Source: Balanoglossus misakiensis
Taxonomy: Eukaryota > Animalia > Hemichordata
Reading direction: 5' to 3'
DNA length: 64,000 bases
Assembly: GCA_040954595.2 (NCBI GenBank)
Contig: CM082591.2
Coordinates: 11,425,309 to 11,489,308 of the forward strand
Shown here: piece by piece, positions 28,170 through 41,429 of the stretch
How positions within the stretch are numbered: position 1 is the first letter of the stretch
Layout: each line of letters starts with the position of its first letter
Translations under genes and position numbers: made by a program
Notes under the pieces: generated by a model
What the model was told of the DNA's origin: nothing
The model's input: the letters and a program-made list of their open reading frames with translations, nothing else
The model's database searches: none

Positions 28170-31100
28170 CACAACAGAATTTTGTAAACAAACGAGGATG
28201 TGTTTGGAAGCAACCATGGAAACTTTAGAACTATCCGTCAATCTACAGAGTCTAGTGGAAAACTTTCTTATCCTCATAGGCCTATCATGTGTTCTGCGCA
28301 TCACAACAGAATTTTGTAAACAAACAAGGCTGTGTTTGGAAGCAACCATGGAAATTTTAGAACTATCCGTCGATCTACTGAGTCTAGTGGAAAACTTCCT
28401 TATGCGCTTAGGCCTATCATGTGTCCTGCGCATCACAACAGAATTCAATTAATAAACGTGGCTGTGTTTGGAAGCAACCATGGAAATTTTAGAACTATCC
28501 GTCGATCTACAGAGTGTAGTCGAAAACTTTCTTATGCGCATAGACCTATCATGTGTTCTGCGCATCACAACAGAATTTTGTAAACAAACGAGGCTGTGTT
28601 TGGAAGCAACCATGGGAACTTTACAACTATCCGTCGATCTACAGAGTCTAGTGGAAAACTTTCTTATGCGCATAGACCTGTCATATGTTCTTCGCATCGC
28701 AACAGAATTTTGTAAACAAACGAGGCTGTGTTTGGAAGCAACCATGGAAACTTTAGAACTATCCGTCGATCTACAGAGTCTAGTGGAAAACTTTCTTATG
28801 CGCATAGACCTATCATATGTTCTGCGCATCACAACAGAATTTTGTAAACAAACGAGGCTGTGTTTGGAAGCAACCATGGAAACTTTAGAACTATCCGTCG
28901 ATCTACAGAGTCTAGTGGAAAACTTTTTTATGCGCATAGGCCTATCATGTATTCTGCGCATAACAACAGATTTCCTTAAATAACGAGGCTGTGTTTGGAA
29001 GCAACCATGGAAACATTAGAACTATCCGTCGATCTACTGAGTCTAGTGGAAAACTTTCTTATGCGCATAGGCCTATCATGTGTTTTGCGCATCACAACAT
29101 AATTAAATTAGTAAACGTAGCTGTGTTTGGAAGCAACCATGGAAATTTTAGAACTATCCGTCGATCTACTGAGTCTAGTGGAAAACTTTCTGATGCGCAT
29201 AGGTCTATCATGTGTTTTGCGCATCACAACAGGATTAAATTAATAAACGTAGCTGTGTTTGGAAGCAACCATGGAAATTTTAGAACTATCCGTCGATCTA
29301 CTGAGTCTAGTGGAAAACTTTCTTATGCGCATAGGCCTATCATGTGTTCTGCGCATCACAACAGAATTTTGTAAACAAACGAGGCTGTGTTTGGAAGCAA
29401 CCATGGAAATTTTAGAACTATCCGTCCATCTACAGAGTCTAGTGGAAAACTTCCTTATGCGCTTAGGCCTATCATGTGTCCTGCGCATCACAACAGAATT
29501 CAATTAATAAACGTGGCTGTGTTTGGAAGCAACCATGGAAATTTTAGAACTATCCGTCGATCTACAGAGTGTAGTCGAAAACTTTCTTATGCGCATAGAC
29601 CTATCATGTGTTCTGCGCATCACAACAGAATTTTGTAAACAAACGAGGCTGTGTTTGGAAGCAACCATGGAAGCTTTAGAACTATCCGTCGATCTACAGA
29701 GTCTAGTGGAAAGCTTTCTTATGCGCATAGACCTATCATATGTTCTGCGCATCACAACAGAATTTTGTAAACAAACGAGGCTGTGTTTGGAAGCAACCAT
29801 GGAAACTTTAGAACTATCCGTCGATCTACTGAGTCTAGTGGAAAACTTTTTTATGCGCATAGGCCTATCATGTATTCTGCGCATCACAACAGATTTCCTT
29901 AAATAACGAGGCTGTGTTTGGAAGCAACCATGGAAATTTTATAACTATACGTCGATCTACTGAGTCTAGTGGAAAACTTTCTTATGCGCATAGGCCTATC
30001 ATGTGTTTTGCGCATCACAACAGAATTTTGTAAACAAACGAGGATGTGTTTGGAAGCAACCATGGAAACTTTAGAACTATCCGTCAATCTACAGAGTCTA
30101 GTGGAAAACTTTCTTATCCTCATAGGCCTATCATGTGTTCTGCGCATCACAACAGAATTTTGTAAACAAACAAGGCTGTGTTTGGAAGCAACCATGGAAA
30201 TTTTAGAACTATCCGTCGATCTACTGAGTCTAGTGGAAAACTTCCTTATGCGCTTAGGCCTATCATGTGTCCTGCGCATCACAACAGAATTCAATTAATA
30301 AACGTGGCTGTGTTTGGAAGCAACCATGGAAATTTTAGAACTATCCGTCGATCTACAGAGTGTAGTCGAAAAATTTCTTATGCGCATAGACCTATCATGT
30401 GTTCTGCGCATCACAACAGAATTTTGTAAACAAACGAGGCTGTGTTTGGAAGCAACCATGGGAACTTTAGAACTATCCGTCGATCTACAGAGTCTAGTGG
30501 AAAACTTTCTTTTGCGCATAGACCTGTCATATGTTCTTCGCATCGCAACAGAATTTTGTAAACAAACGAGGCTGTGTTTGGAAGCAACCATGGAAACTTT
30601 AGAACTATCCGTCGATCTACAGAGTCTAGTGGAAAACTTTCTTATGCGCATAGACCTATCATATGTTCTGCGCATCACAACAGAATTTTGTAAACAAACG
30701 AGGCTGTGTTTGGAAGCAACCATGGAAACTTTAGAACTATCCGTCGATCTACAGAGTCTAGTGGAAAACTTTTTTATGCGCATAGGCCTATCATGTATTC
30801 TGCGCATAACAACAGATTTCCTTAAATAACGAGGCTGTGTTTGGAAGCAACCATGGAAACATTAGAACTATCCGTCGATCTACTGAGTCTAGTGGAAAAC
30901 TTTCTTATGCGCATAGGCCTATCATGTGTTTTGCGCATCACAACAGAATTTTGTAAACAAACGAGGATGTGTTTGGAAGCAACCATGGAAACTTTAGAAC
31001 TATCCGTCAATCTACAGAGTCTAGTGGAAAACTTTCTTATCCTCATATGCCTATCATGTGTTCTGCGCATCACAACAGAATTTTGTAAACAAACAAGGCT

Positions 31101-32800
31101 GTGTTTGGAAGCAACCATGGAAATTTTAGAACTATCCGTCGATCTACTGAGTCTAGTGGAAAACTTCCTTATGCGCTTAGGCCTATCATGTGTCCTGCGC
31201 ATCACAACAGAATTCAATTAATAAACGTGGCTGTGTTTGGAAGCAACCATGGAAATTTTAGAACTATCCGTCGATCTACAGAGTGTAGTCGAAAAATTTC
31301 TTATGCGCATAGACCTATCATGTGTTCTGCGCATCACAACAGAATTTTGTAAACAAACGAGGCTGTGTTTGGAAGCAACCATGGGAACTTTAGAACTATC
31401 CGTCGATCTACAGAGTCTAGTGGAAAACTTTCTTTTGCGCATAGACCTGTCATATGTTCTTCGCATCGCAACAGAATTTTGTAAACAAACGAGGCTGTGT
31501 TTGGAAGCAACCATGGAAACTTTAGAACTATCCGTCGATCTACAGAGTCTAGTGGAAAACTTTCTTATGCGCATAGACCTATCATATGTTCTGCGCATCA
31601 CAACAGAATTTTGTAAACAAACGAGGCTGTGTTTGGAAGCAACCATGGAAACTTTAGAACTATCCGTCGATCTACAGAGTCTAGTGGAAAACTTTTTTAT
31701 GCGCATAGGCCTATCATGTATTCTGCGCATAACAACAGATTTCCTTAAATAACGAGGCTGTGTTTGGAAGCAACCATGGAAACATTAGAACTATCCGTCG
31801 ATCTACTGAGTCTAGTGGAAAACTTTCTTATGCGCATAGGCCTATCATGTGTTTTGCGCATCACAACATAATTAAATTAGTAAACGTAGCTGTGTTTGGA
31901 AGCAACCATGGAAATTTTAGAACTATCCGTCGATCTACTGAGTCTAGTGGAAAACTTTCTGATGCGCATAGGTCTATCATGTGTTTTGCGCATCACAACA
32001 GGATTAAATTAATAAACGTAGCTGTGTTTGGAAGCAACCATGGAAATTTTAGAACTATCCGTCGATCTACTGAGTCTAGTGGAAAACTTTCTTATGCGCA
32101 TAGGCCTATCATGTGTTCTGCGCATCACAACAGAATTTTGTAAACAAACGAGGCTGTGTTTGGAAGCAACCATGGAAATTTTAGAACTATCCGTCCATCT
32201 ACAGAGTCTAGTGGAAAACTTCCTTATGCGCTTAGGCCTATCATGTGTCCTGCGCATCACAACAGAATTCAATTAATAAACGTGGCTGTGTTTGGAAGCA
32301 ACCATGGAAATTTTAGAACTATCCGTCGATCTACAGAGTGTAGTCGAAAACTTTCTTATGCGCATAGACCTATCATGTGTTCTGCGCATCACAACAGAAT
32401 TTTGTAAACAAACGAGGCTGTGTTTGGAAGCAACCATGGAAGCTTTAGAACTATCCGTCGATCTACAGAGTCTAGTGGAAAGCTTTCTTATGCGCATAGA
32501 CCTATCATATGTTCTGCGCATCACAACAGAATTTTGTAAACAAACGAGGCTGTGTTTGGAAGCAACCATGGAAACTTTAGAACTATCCGTCGATCTACTG
32601 AGTCTAGTGGAAAACTTTTTTATGCGCATAGGCCTATCATGTATTCTGCGCATCACAACAGATTTCCTTAAATAACGAGGCTGTGTTTGGAAGCAACCAT
32701 GGAAATTTTATAACTATACGTCGATCTACTGAGTCTAGTGGAAAACTTTCTTATGCGCATAGGCCTATCATGTGTTTTGCGCATCACAACAGAATTAAAT
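28170..32800 (+). repeat. 7-monomer-based HOR domain (923-bp modules; offsets 923, 1846, 2769)
   Basis: ORF series 28332/30178/31101 and pairs 28991/31760 and 29504/32273. The marker GACCTGTCATATGTTCTTCGCATCGC occurs at ~28675, 30521 and 31444. Confidence 0.88.
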
Positions 32801-34449
32801 TAATAAACGTAGCTGTGTTTGGAAGCAACCATGGAAATTTTAGAACTATCCGTCGATCTACAGAGTGTAGTCGAAAACTTTCTTATGCGCATAGACCTAT
32901 CATGTGTTCTGCGCATCACAACAGAATTTTGTAAACAAACGAGGCTGTGTTTGGAAGCAACCATGGAAGCTTTAGAACTATCCGTCGATCTACAGAGTCT
33001 AGTGGAAAGCTTTCTTATGCGCATAGACCTATCATATGTTCTGCGCATCACAACAGAATTTTGTAAACAAACGAGGCTGTGTTTGGAAGCAACCATGGAA
33101 ACTTTAGAACTATCCGTCGACCTACAGAGTCTAGTGGAAAACTTTTTTATGCGCATAGGCCTATCATGTATTCTGCGCATCACAACAGATTTCCTTAAAT
33201 AACGAGGCTGTGTTTGGAAGCAACCATGGAAATTTTAGAACTATCCGTCGATCTACTGAGTCTAGTGGAAAACTTTCTTATGCGCATAGGCCTATCATGT
33301 GTTCTGCGCATCACAACAGAATTAAATTAATAAACGTAGCTGTGTTTGGAAGCAACCATGGAAATTTTAGAACTATCCGTCGATCTACTGAGTCTAGTGG
33401 AAAACTTTCTTATGCGCATAGGCCTATCATGTGTTTTGCGCATCACAACAGAATTAAATTAATAAACGTAGCTGTGTTTGGAAGCAACCATGGAAATTTT
33501 AGAACTATCCGTCGATCTACTGAGTCTAGTGGAAAACTTTCTGATGCGCATAGGCCTATCATGTGTTTTGCGCATCACAACAGAATTAAATTAATAAACG
33601 TAGCTGTGTTTGGAAGCAACCATGGAAATTTTAGAACTATCCGTCGATCTACTGAGTCTAGTGGAAAACTTTCTTATGCGCATAGGCCTATCATGTGTTC
33701 TGCGCATCACAACAGAATTTTGTAAACAAACGAGGCTGTGTTTGGAAGCAACCATGGAAATTTTAGAACTATCCGTCGATCTACTGAGTCCATCAGAAAA
33801 CTTTCTCATGCGCATAGGTCTATCGTGTATTCTGCGCATCACAACAGATTTCCATAAATAAACGAGGCTGTGTTTGAAAGCAACCATGGAAATTTTATAA
33901 CTATCCGTCGATCTACTGAGTCTAGTGGAAAACTTTCTTAAGCGCATAGGCCTAGCTATGTGTTCTGCGCATCACAACAGAATTCGGTAAATAAACGAGG
34001 GTGTGTTTGGAAGCATCCATGGAAATTTTAGAACTATCCGTCCATCTACAGAGTCTAGTGGAATACCTTCTTATGCGCATAGACCTATCATGTGTTCTGC
34101 GCATCACAACCGAATTTTGTAAACAAACGAGGATGTGTTTGGAAGCAACCATCGAAACTTTAGAACTATCCGTCAATCTACAGAGTCTAGTGGAAAACTT
34201 TCTTATCCTCATAGGCCTATCATGTGTTCTGCGCATCACAACAGAATTTTGTAAACAAACAAGGCTGTGTTTGGAAGCAACCATGGAAACTTTAGAACTA
34301 TCCGTCAATCTACAGAGTCTAGTGGAAAACTTTCTTATCCTCATAGGCCTATCATGTGTTCTGCGCATCACAACAGAATTTTCTTATGCGCATAGGCATA
34401 TCTATGTGTTCTGCGCATCACAACAGAATTCGGTAAATAAACGAGGGTG

Positions 34450-37400
34450 TGTTTGGAAGCAACCATGGAAATTTTAGAATTATCCGTCCATCTACAGAGT
34501 CTAGTGGAAAACTTTCTTATGCGCATAGACCTATCATATGTTCTGCGCATCACAACAGAATTTTGTAAACAAACGAGGCTGTGTTTGGAAGCAACCATGG
34601 AAACTTTAGAACTATCCGTCGATCTACAGAGTCTAGTGGAAAACTTTTTTATGCGCATAGGCCTATCATGTATTCTGCGCATAACAACAGATTTCCTTAA
34701 ATAACGAGGCTGTGTTTGGAAGCAACCATGGAAACATTAGAACTATCCGTCGATCTACTGAGTCTAGTGGAAAACTTTATTATGCGCATAGGCCTATCAT
34801 GTGTTTTGCGCATCACAACATAATTAAATTAGTGAACGTAGCTGTGTTTGGAAGCAACCATGGAAATTTTAGAACTATCCGTCGATCTACTGAGTCTAGT
34901 GGAAAACTTTCTGATGCGCATAGGTCTATCATGTGTTTTGCGCATCACAACAGAATTAAATTAATAAACGTAGCTGTGTTTGGAAGCAACCATGGAAATT
35001 TTAGAACTATCCGTCGATCTACTGAGTCTAGTGGAAAACTTTCTTATGCGCATAGGCCTATCATGTGTTCTGCGCATCACAACAGAATTTTGTAAACAAA
35101 CGAGGCTGTGTTTGGAAGCAACCATGGAAATTTTAGAACTATCCGTCCATCTACAGAGTCTAGTGGAAAACTTCCTTATGCGCTTAGGCCTATCATGTGT
35201 CCTGCGCATCACAACAGAATTCAATTAATAAACGTGGCTGTGTTTGGAAGCAACCATGGAAATTTTAGAACTATCCGTCCATCTACAGAGTCTAGTGGAA
35301 AACTTTCTTATGCGCATAGACCTATCATATGTTCTGCGCATCACAACAGAATTTTGTAAACAAACGAGGCTGTGTTTGGAAGCAACCATGGAAACTTTAG
35401 AACTATCCGTCGATCTACAGAGTCTAGTGGAAAACTTTTTTATGCGCATAGGCCTATCATGTATTCTGCGCATAACAACAGATTTCCTTAAATAACGAGG
35501 CTGTGTTTGGAAGCAACCATGGAAACATTAGAACTATCCGTCGATCTACTGAGTCTAGTGGAAAACTTTCTTATGCGCATAGGCCTATCATGTGTTTTGC
35601 GCATCACAACATAATTAAATTAGTAAACGTAGCTGTGTTTGGAAGCAACCATGGAAATTTTAGAACTATCCGTCGATCTACTGAGTCTAGTGGAAAACTT
35701 TCTGATGCGCATAGGTCTATCATGTGTTTTGCGCATCACAACAGAATTAAATTAATAAACGTAGCTGTGTTTGGAAGCAACCATGGAAAGTTTAGAACTA
35801 TCCGTCGATCTACTGAGTCTAGTGGAAAACTTTCTTATCCTCATAGGCCTATCATGTGTTCTGCGCATCACAACAGAATTTTGTAAACAAACAAGGCTGT
35901 GTTTGGAAGCAACCATGGATACTTTAGAACTATCCGTCAATCTACAGAGTCTAGTGGAAAACTTTCTTATCCTCATAGGCCTATCATGTGTTCTGCGCAT
36001 CACAACAGAATTTTGTAAACAAACAAGGCTGTGTTTGGAAGAAACCATGGAAACTTTACAACTATCCGTCGATCTACAGAGTCTAGTGGAAAACTTTCTT
36101 ATGCGCATAGGCCTATCATGTATTCTGCGCATAACAACAGATTTCCTTAAATAACGAGGCTGTGTTTGGAAGCAACCATGGAAACATTAGAACTATCCGT
36201 CGATCTACTGAGTCTAGTGGAAAACTTTCTTATGCGCATAGGCCTATCATGTGTTTTGCGCATCACAACATAATTAAATTAGTAAACGTAGCTGTGTTTG
36301 GAAGCAACCATGGAAATTTTAGAACTATCCGTCGATCTACTGAGTCTAGTGGAAAACTTTCTGATGCGCATAGGCCTATCATGTGTCCTGCGCATCACAA
36401 CAGAATTCAATTAATAAACGTGGCTGTGTTTGGAAGCAACCATGGAAATTTTAGAACTATCCGTCCATCTACAGAGTCTAGTGGAAAACTTTCTTATGCG
36501 CATAGACCTATCATATGTTCTGCGCATCACAACAGAATTTTGTAAACAAACGAGGCTGTGTTTGGAAGCAACCATGGAAACTTTAGAACTATCCGTCGAT
36601 CTACAGAGTCTAGTGGAAAACTTTTTTATGCGCATAGGCCTATCATGTATTCTGCGCATAACAACAGATTTCCTTAAATAACGAGGCTGTGTTTGGAAGC
36701 AACCATGGAAACATTAGAACTATCCGTCGATCTACTGAGTCTAGTGGAAAACTTTCTTATGCGCATAGGCCTATCATGTGTTTTGCGCATCACAACATAA
36801 TTAAATTAGTAAACGTAGCTGTGTTTGGAAGCAACCATGGAAATTTTAGAACTATCCGTCGATCTACTGAGTCTAGTGGAAAACTTTCTGATGCGCATAG
36901 GTCTATCATGTGTTTTGCGCATCACAACAGAATTAAATTAATAAACGTAGCTGTGTTTGGAAGCAACCATGGAAATTTTAGAACTATCCGTCGATCTACT
37001 GAGTCTAGTGGAAAACTTTCTTATCCTCATAGGCCTATCATGTGTTCTGCGCATCACAACAGAATTTTGTAAACAAACAAGGCTGTGTTTGGAAGCAACC
37101 ATGGAAACTTTACAACTATCCGTCGATCTACAGAGTCTAGTGGAAAACTTTCTTATGCGCATAGGCCTATCATGTGTTTTGCGCATCACAACAGAATTTT
37201 GTAAACAAACGTGGCTGTGTTTGGAAGCAACCATGGAAATTTTAGAACTATCCATCGATCTACTGAGTCTAGTGGAAAACTTTCTTATGCGCATAGGCAT
37301 ATCTATGTGTTCTGCGCATCACAACAGAATTCGGTAAATAAACGAGGGTGTGTTTGGAAGCAACCATGGAAATTTTAGAACTATCCGTCCATCTACAGAG

Positions 37401-37830
37401 TCTAGTGGAAAACTTTCTTATGCGCATAGACCTATCATATGTTCTGCGCATCACAACAGAATTTTGTAAACAAACGAGGCTGTGTTTGGAAGCAACCATG
37501 GAAACTTTAGAACTATCCGTCGATCTACAGAGTCTAGTGGAAAACTTTTTTATGCGCATAGGCCTATCATGTATTCTGCGCATAACAACAGATTTCCTTA
37601 AATAACGAGGCTGTGTTTGGAAGCAACCATGGAAACATTAGAACTATCCGTCGATCTACTGAGTCTAGTGGAAAACTTTCTTATGCGCATAGGCCTATCA
37701 TGTGTTTTGCGCATCACAACATAATTAAATTAGTAAACGTAGCTGTGTTTGGAAGCAACCATGGAAATTTTAGAACTATCCGTCGATCTACTGAGTCTAG
37801 TGGAAAACTTTCTGATGCGCATAGGCCTAT
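34450..37830 (+). repeat. Variable-length HOR run (6-, 5-, 4-, 7-monomer units)
   Basis: ORFs starting MFGSNHGNIRT (marker GGAAACATTAGA) lie at 34712, 35503, 36162, 36689 and 37613, giving spacings of 791, 659, 527 and 924. Confidence 0.85.
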
Positions 37831-40800
37831 CATGTGTTTTGCGCATCACAACAGAATTAAATTAATAAACGTAGCTGTGTTTAGAAGCAACAATGGAAAT
37901 TTTAGAACTATCCGTCGATCTACTGAGTCTAGTGGAAAACTTTCTGATGCGTATAGGTCTATCATGTGTTTTGCGCATCACAACAGAATTAAATTAATAA
38001 ACGTAGCTGTGTTTGGAAGCAACCATGGAAATTTTAGAACTATCCGTCGATCTACTGAGTCTAGTGGAAAACTTTCTTATGCGCATAGGCCTATCATGTG
38101 TTCTGCGCATCACAACAGAATTTTGTAAACAAACGAGGCTGTGTTTGGAAGCAACCATGGAAATTTTAGAACTATCCGTCCATCTACAGAGTCTAGTGGA
38201 AAACTTCCTTATGCGCTTAGGCCTATCATGTGTCCTGCGCATCACAACAGAATTCAATTAATAAACGTGGCTGTGTTTGGAAGCAACCATGGAAATTTTA
38301 GAACTATCCGTCGATCTACAGAGTGTAGTCGAAAACTTTCTTATGCGCATAGACCTATCATGTGTTCTGCGCATCACAACAGAATTTTGTAAACAAACGA
38401 GGCTGTGTTTGGAAGCAACCATGGAAGCTTTAGAACTATCCGTCGATCTACAGAGTCTAGTGGAAAACTTTCTTATGCGCATAGACCTATCATATGTTCT
38501 GCGCATCACAACAGAATTTTGTAAACAAACGAGGCTGTGTTTGGAAGCAACCATGGAAACTTTAGAACTATCCGTCGACCTACAGAGTCTAGTGGAAAAC
38601 TTTTTTATGCGCATAGGCCTATCATGTATTCTGCGCATCACAACAGATTTCCTTAAATAACGAGGCTGTGTTTGGAAGCAACCATGGACATTTTAGAACT
38701 ATCCGTCGATCTACTGAGTCTAGTGGAAAACTTTCTTATGCGCATAGGCCTATCATGTGTTTTGCGCATCACAACAGAATTAAATTAATAAACGTAGCTG
38801 TGTTTGGAAGCAACCATGGAAATTTTAGAACTATCCGTCGATCTACTGAGTCTAGTGGAAAACTTTCTTATGCGCATAGGCCTATCATGTGTTCTGCGCA
38901 TCACAACAGAATTAAATTAATAAACGTAGCTGTGTTTGGAAGCAACCATGGAAATTTTAGAACTATCCGTCGATCTACTGAGTCTAGTGGAAAACTTTCT
39001 TATGCGCATAGGCCTATCATGTGTTTTGCGCATCACAACAGAATTAAATTAATAAACGTAGCTGTGTTTGGAAGCAACCATGGAAATTTTAGAACTATCC
39101 GTCGATCTACTGAGTCTAGTGGAAAACTTTCTGATGCGCATAGGCCTATCATGTGTTTTGCGCATCACAACAGAATTAAATTAATAAACGTAGCTGTGTT
39201 TGGAAGCAACCATGGAAATTTTAGAACTATCCGTCGATCTACTGAGTCTAGTGGAAAACTTTCTTATGCGCATAGGCCTATCATGTGTTCTGCGCATCAC
39301 AACAGAATTTTGTAAACAAACGAGGCTGTGTTTGGAAGCAACCATGGAAATTTTAGAACTATCCGTCGATCTACTGAGTCCATCAGAAAACTTTCTCATG
39401 CGCATAGGTCTATCGTGTATTCTGCGCATCACAACAGATTTCCATAAATAAACGAGGCTGTGTTTGGAAGCAACCATGGAAATTTTATAACTATCCGTCG
39501 ATCTACTGAGTCTAGTGGAAAACTTTCTTAAGCGCATAGGCCTATCTATGTGTTCTGCGCATCACAACAGAATTCGGTAAATAAACGAGGGTGTGTTTGG
39601 AAGCATCCATGGAAATTTTAGTACTATCCGTCCATCTACAGAGTGTAGTGGAATACCTTCTTATGCGCATAGACCTATCATGTGTTCTGCGCATCACAAC
39701 AGAATTTTGTAATCAAACGAGGATGTGTTTGGAAGCAACCATCGAAACTTTAGAAGTATCCGTCAATCTACAGAGTCTAGTGGAAAACTTTCTTATCCTC
39801 ATAGGCCTATCATGTGTTCTGCGCATCACAACAGAATTTTGTAAACAAACAAGGCTGTGTTTGGAAGCAACCATGGAAACTTTAGAACTATCCGTCAATC
39901 TACAGAGTCTAGTGGAAAACTTTCTTATCCTCATAGGCCTATCATGTGTTCTGCGCATCACAACAGAATTTTGTAAACAAACAAGGCTGTGTTTGGAAGC
40001 AACCATGGAAACTTTAGAACTATCCGTCGATCTACAGAGTCTAGTGGAAAACTTTCTTATGCGCATAGGCCTATCATTTGTTCTGCGCATCACAACAGAA
40101 TTTTGTAAACAAACGTGGCTGTGTTTGGAAGCAACCATGGAAATTTTAGAACTATCCATCGATCTACTGAGTCTAGTCGAAAACTTTCTTATGCGCATAG
40201 GCATATCTATGTGTTCTGCGCATCACAACAGAATTCGGTAAATAAACGAGGGTGTGTTTGGAAGCAACCATGGAAATTTTAGAACTATCCGTCCATCTAC
40301 AGAGTCTAGTGGAAAACTTTCTTATGCGCATAGGCTTATCTATGTGTTCTACGCATCACAACAGAATTCGGTAAATAAACGAGGCTGTGTTTGGAAGCAA
40401 CCATGGAAATTTTAGAACTATCCGTCCATCTACAGAGTCTAGTGGAAAACTTCCTTATGCGCTTAGGCCTATCATGTGTCCTGCGCATCACAACAGAATT
40501 CAATTAATAAACGTGGCTGTGTTTGGAAGCAACCATGGAAATTTGAGAACTATCCGTCGATCTACAGAGTGTAGTCGAACACTTTCTTATGCGCATAGAC
40601 CTATCATATGTTCTGCGCATCACAACAGAATTTTGTAAACACACGAGGCTGTGTTTGGAAGCAACCATGGAAACTTTAGAACTATCCGTCGATCTACAGA
40701 GTCTAGTGGAAAACTTTCTTATGCGCATAGGCCTATCATGTGTTCTGCGCATCACAACAGAATTTTGTAAACAAACGTGGCTGTGTTTGGAAGCAACCAT

Positions 40801-41429
40801 GGAAATTTTAGAACTATCCATCGATCTACTGAGTCTAGTGGAAAACTTTCTTATGCGCATAGGCCTATCATGTGTTTTGCGCATCACAACAGAATTAAAT
40901 TAATAAACGTAGCTGTGTTTGGAAGCAACCATGGAAATTTTAGAACTATCCGTCGATCTACTGAGTCTAGTGGAAAACTTTCTTATGCGCATAGGCCTAT
41001 CATGTGTTTTACGCATCACAACAGAATTAAATTAATAAACGTGGCTGTGTTTGGAAGCAACCATGGAAATTTTAGACTATCCGTCGATCTACTGAGTCTA
41101 GTGGAAAACTTTCTTATGCGCATAGACCTATCATGTGTTCTGCGCATCACAACAGAATTTTGTAAACAAACGAGGCTGTGTTTGGAAGCAACCATGGAAA
41201 CTTTAGAACTACCCGTCGATCTACAGAGTCCAGTGGAAAACTTTCTTATGCGCATAGACCTATCATATGTTCTGCGCATCACAACAGAATTTTGTAAACA
41301 AACGAGGCTGTGTTTGGAAGCAACCATGGAAACTTTAGAACTATCCGTCGATCTACAGAGTCTAGTGGAAAACTTTTTTATGCGCATAGGCCTATCATGT
41401 ATTCTGCGCATCACAACAGATTTCCTTAA

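Noticed and set aside
11041-31752. Cys/Leu-periodic translation suggesting LRR or zinc-finger repeat protein, or a cassette diversification system
   Set aside because: There is no LxxLxLxxN or C2H2 spacing, the frame is broken every few monomers, and no expression locus, recombinase or reverse transcriptase is present.
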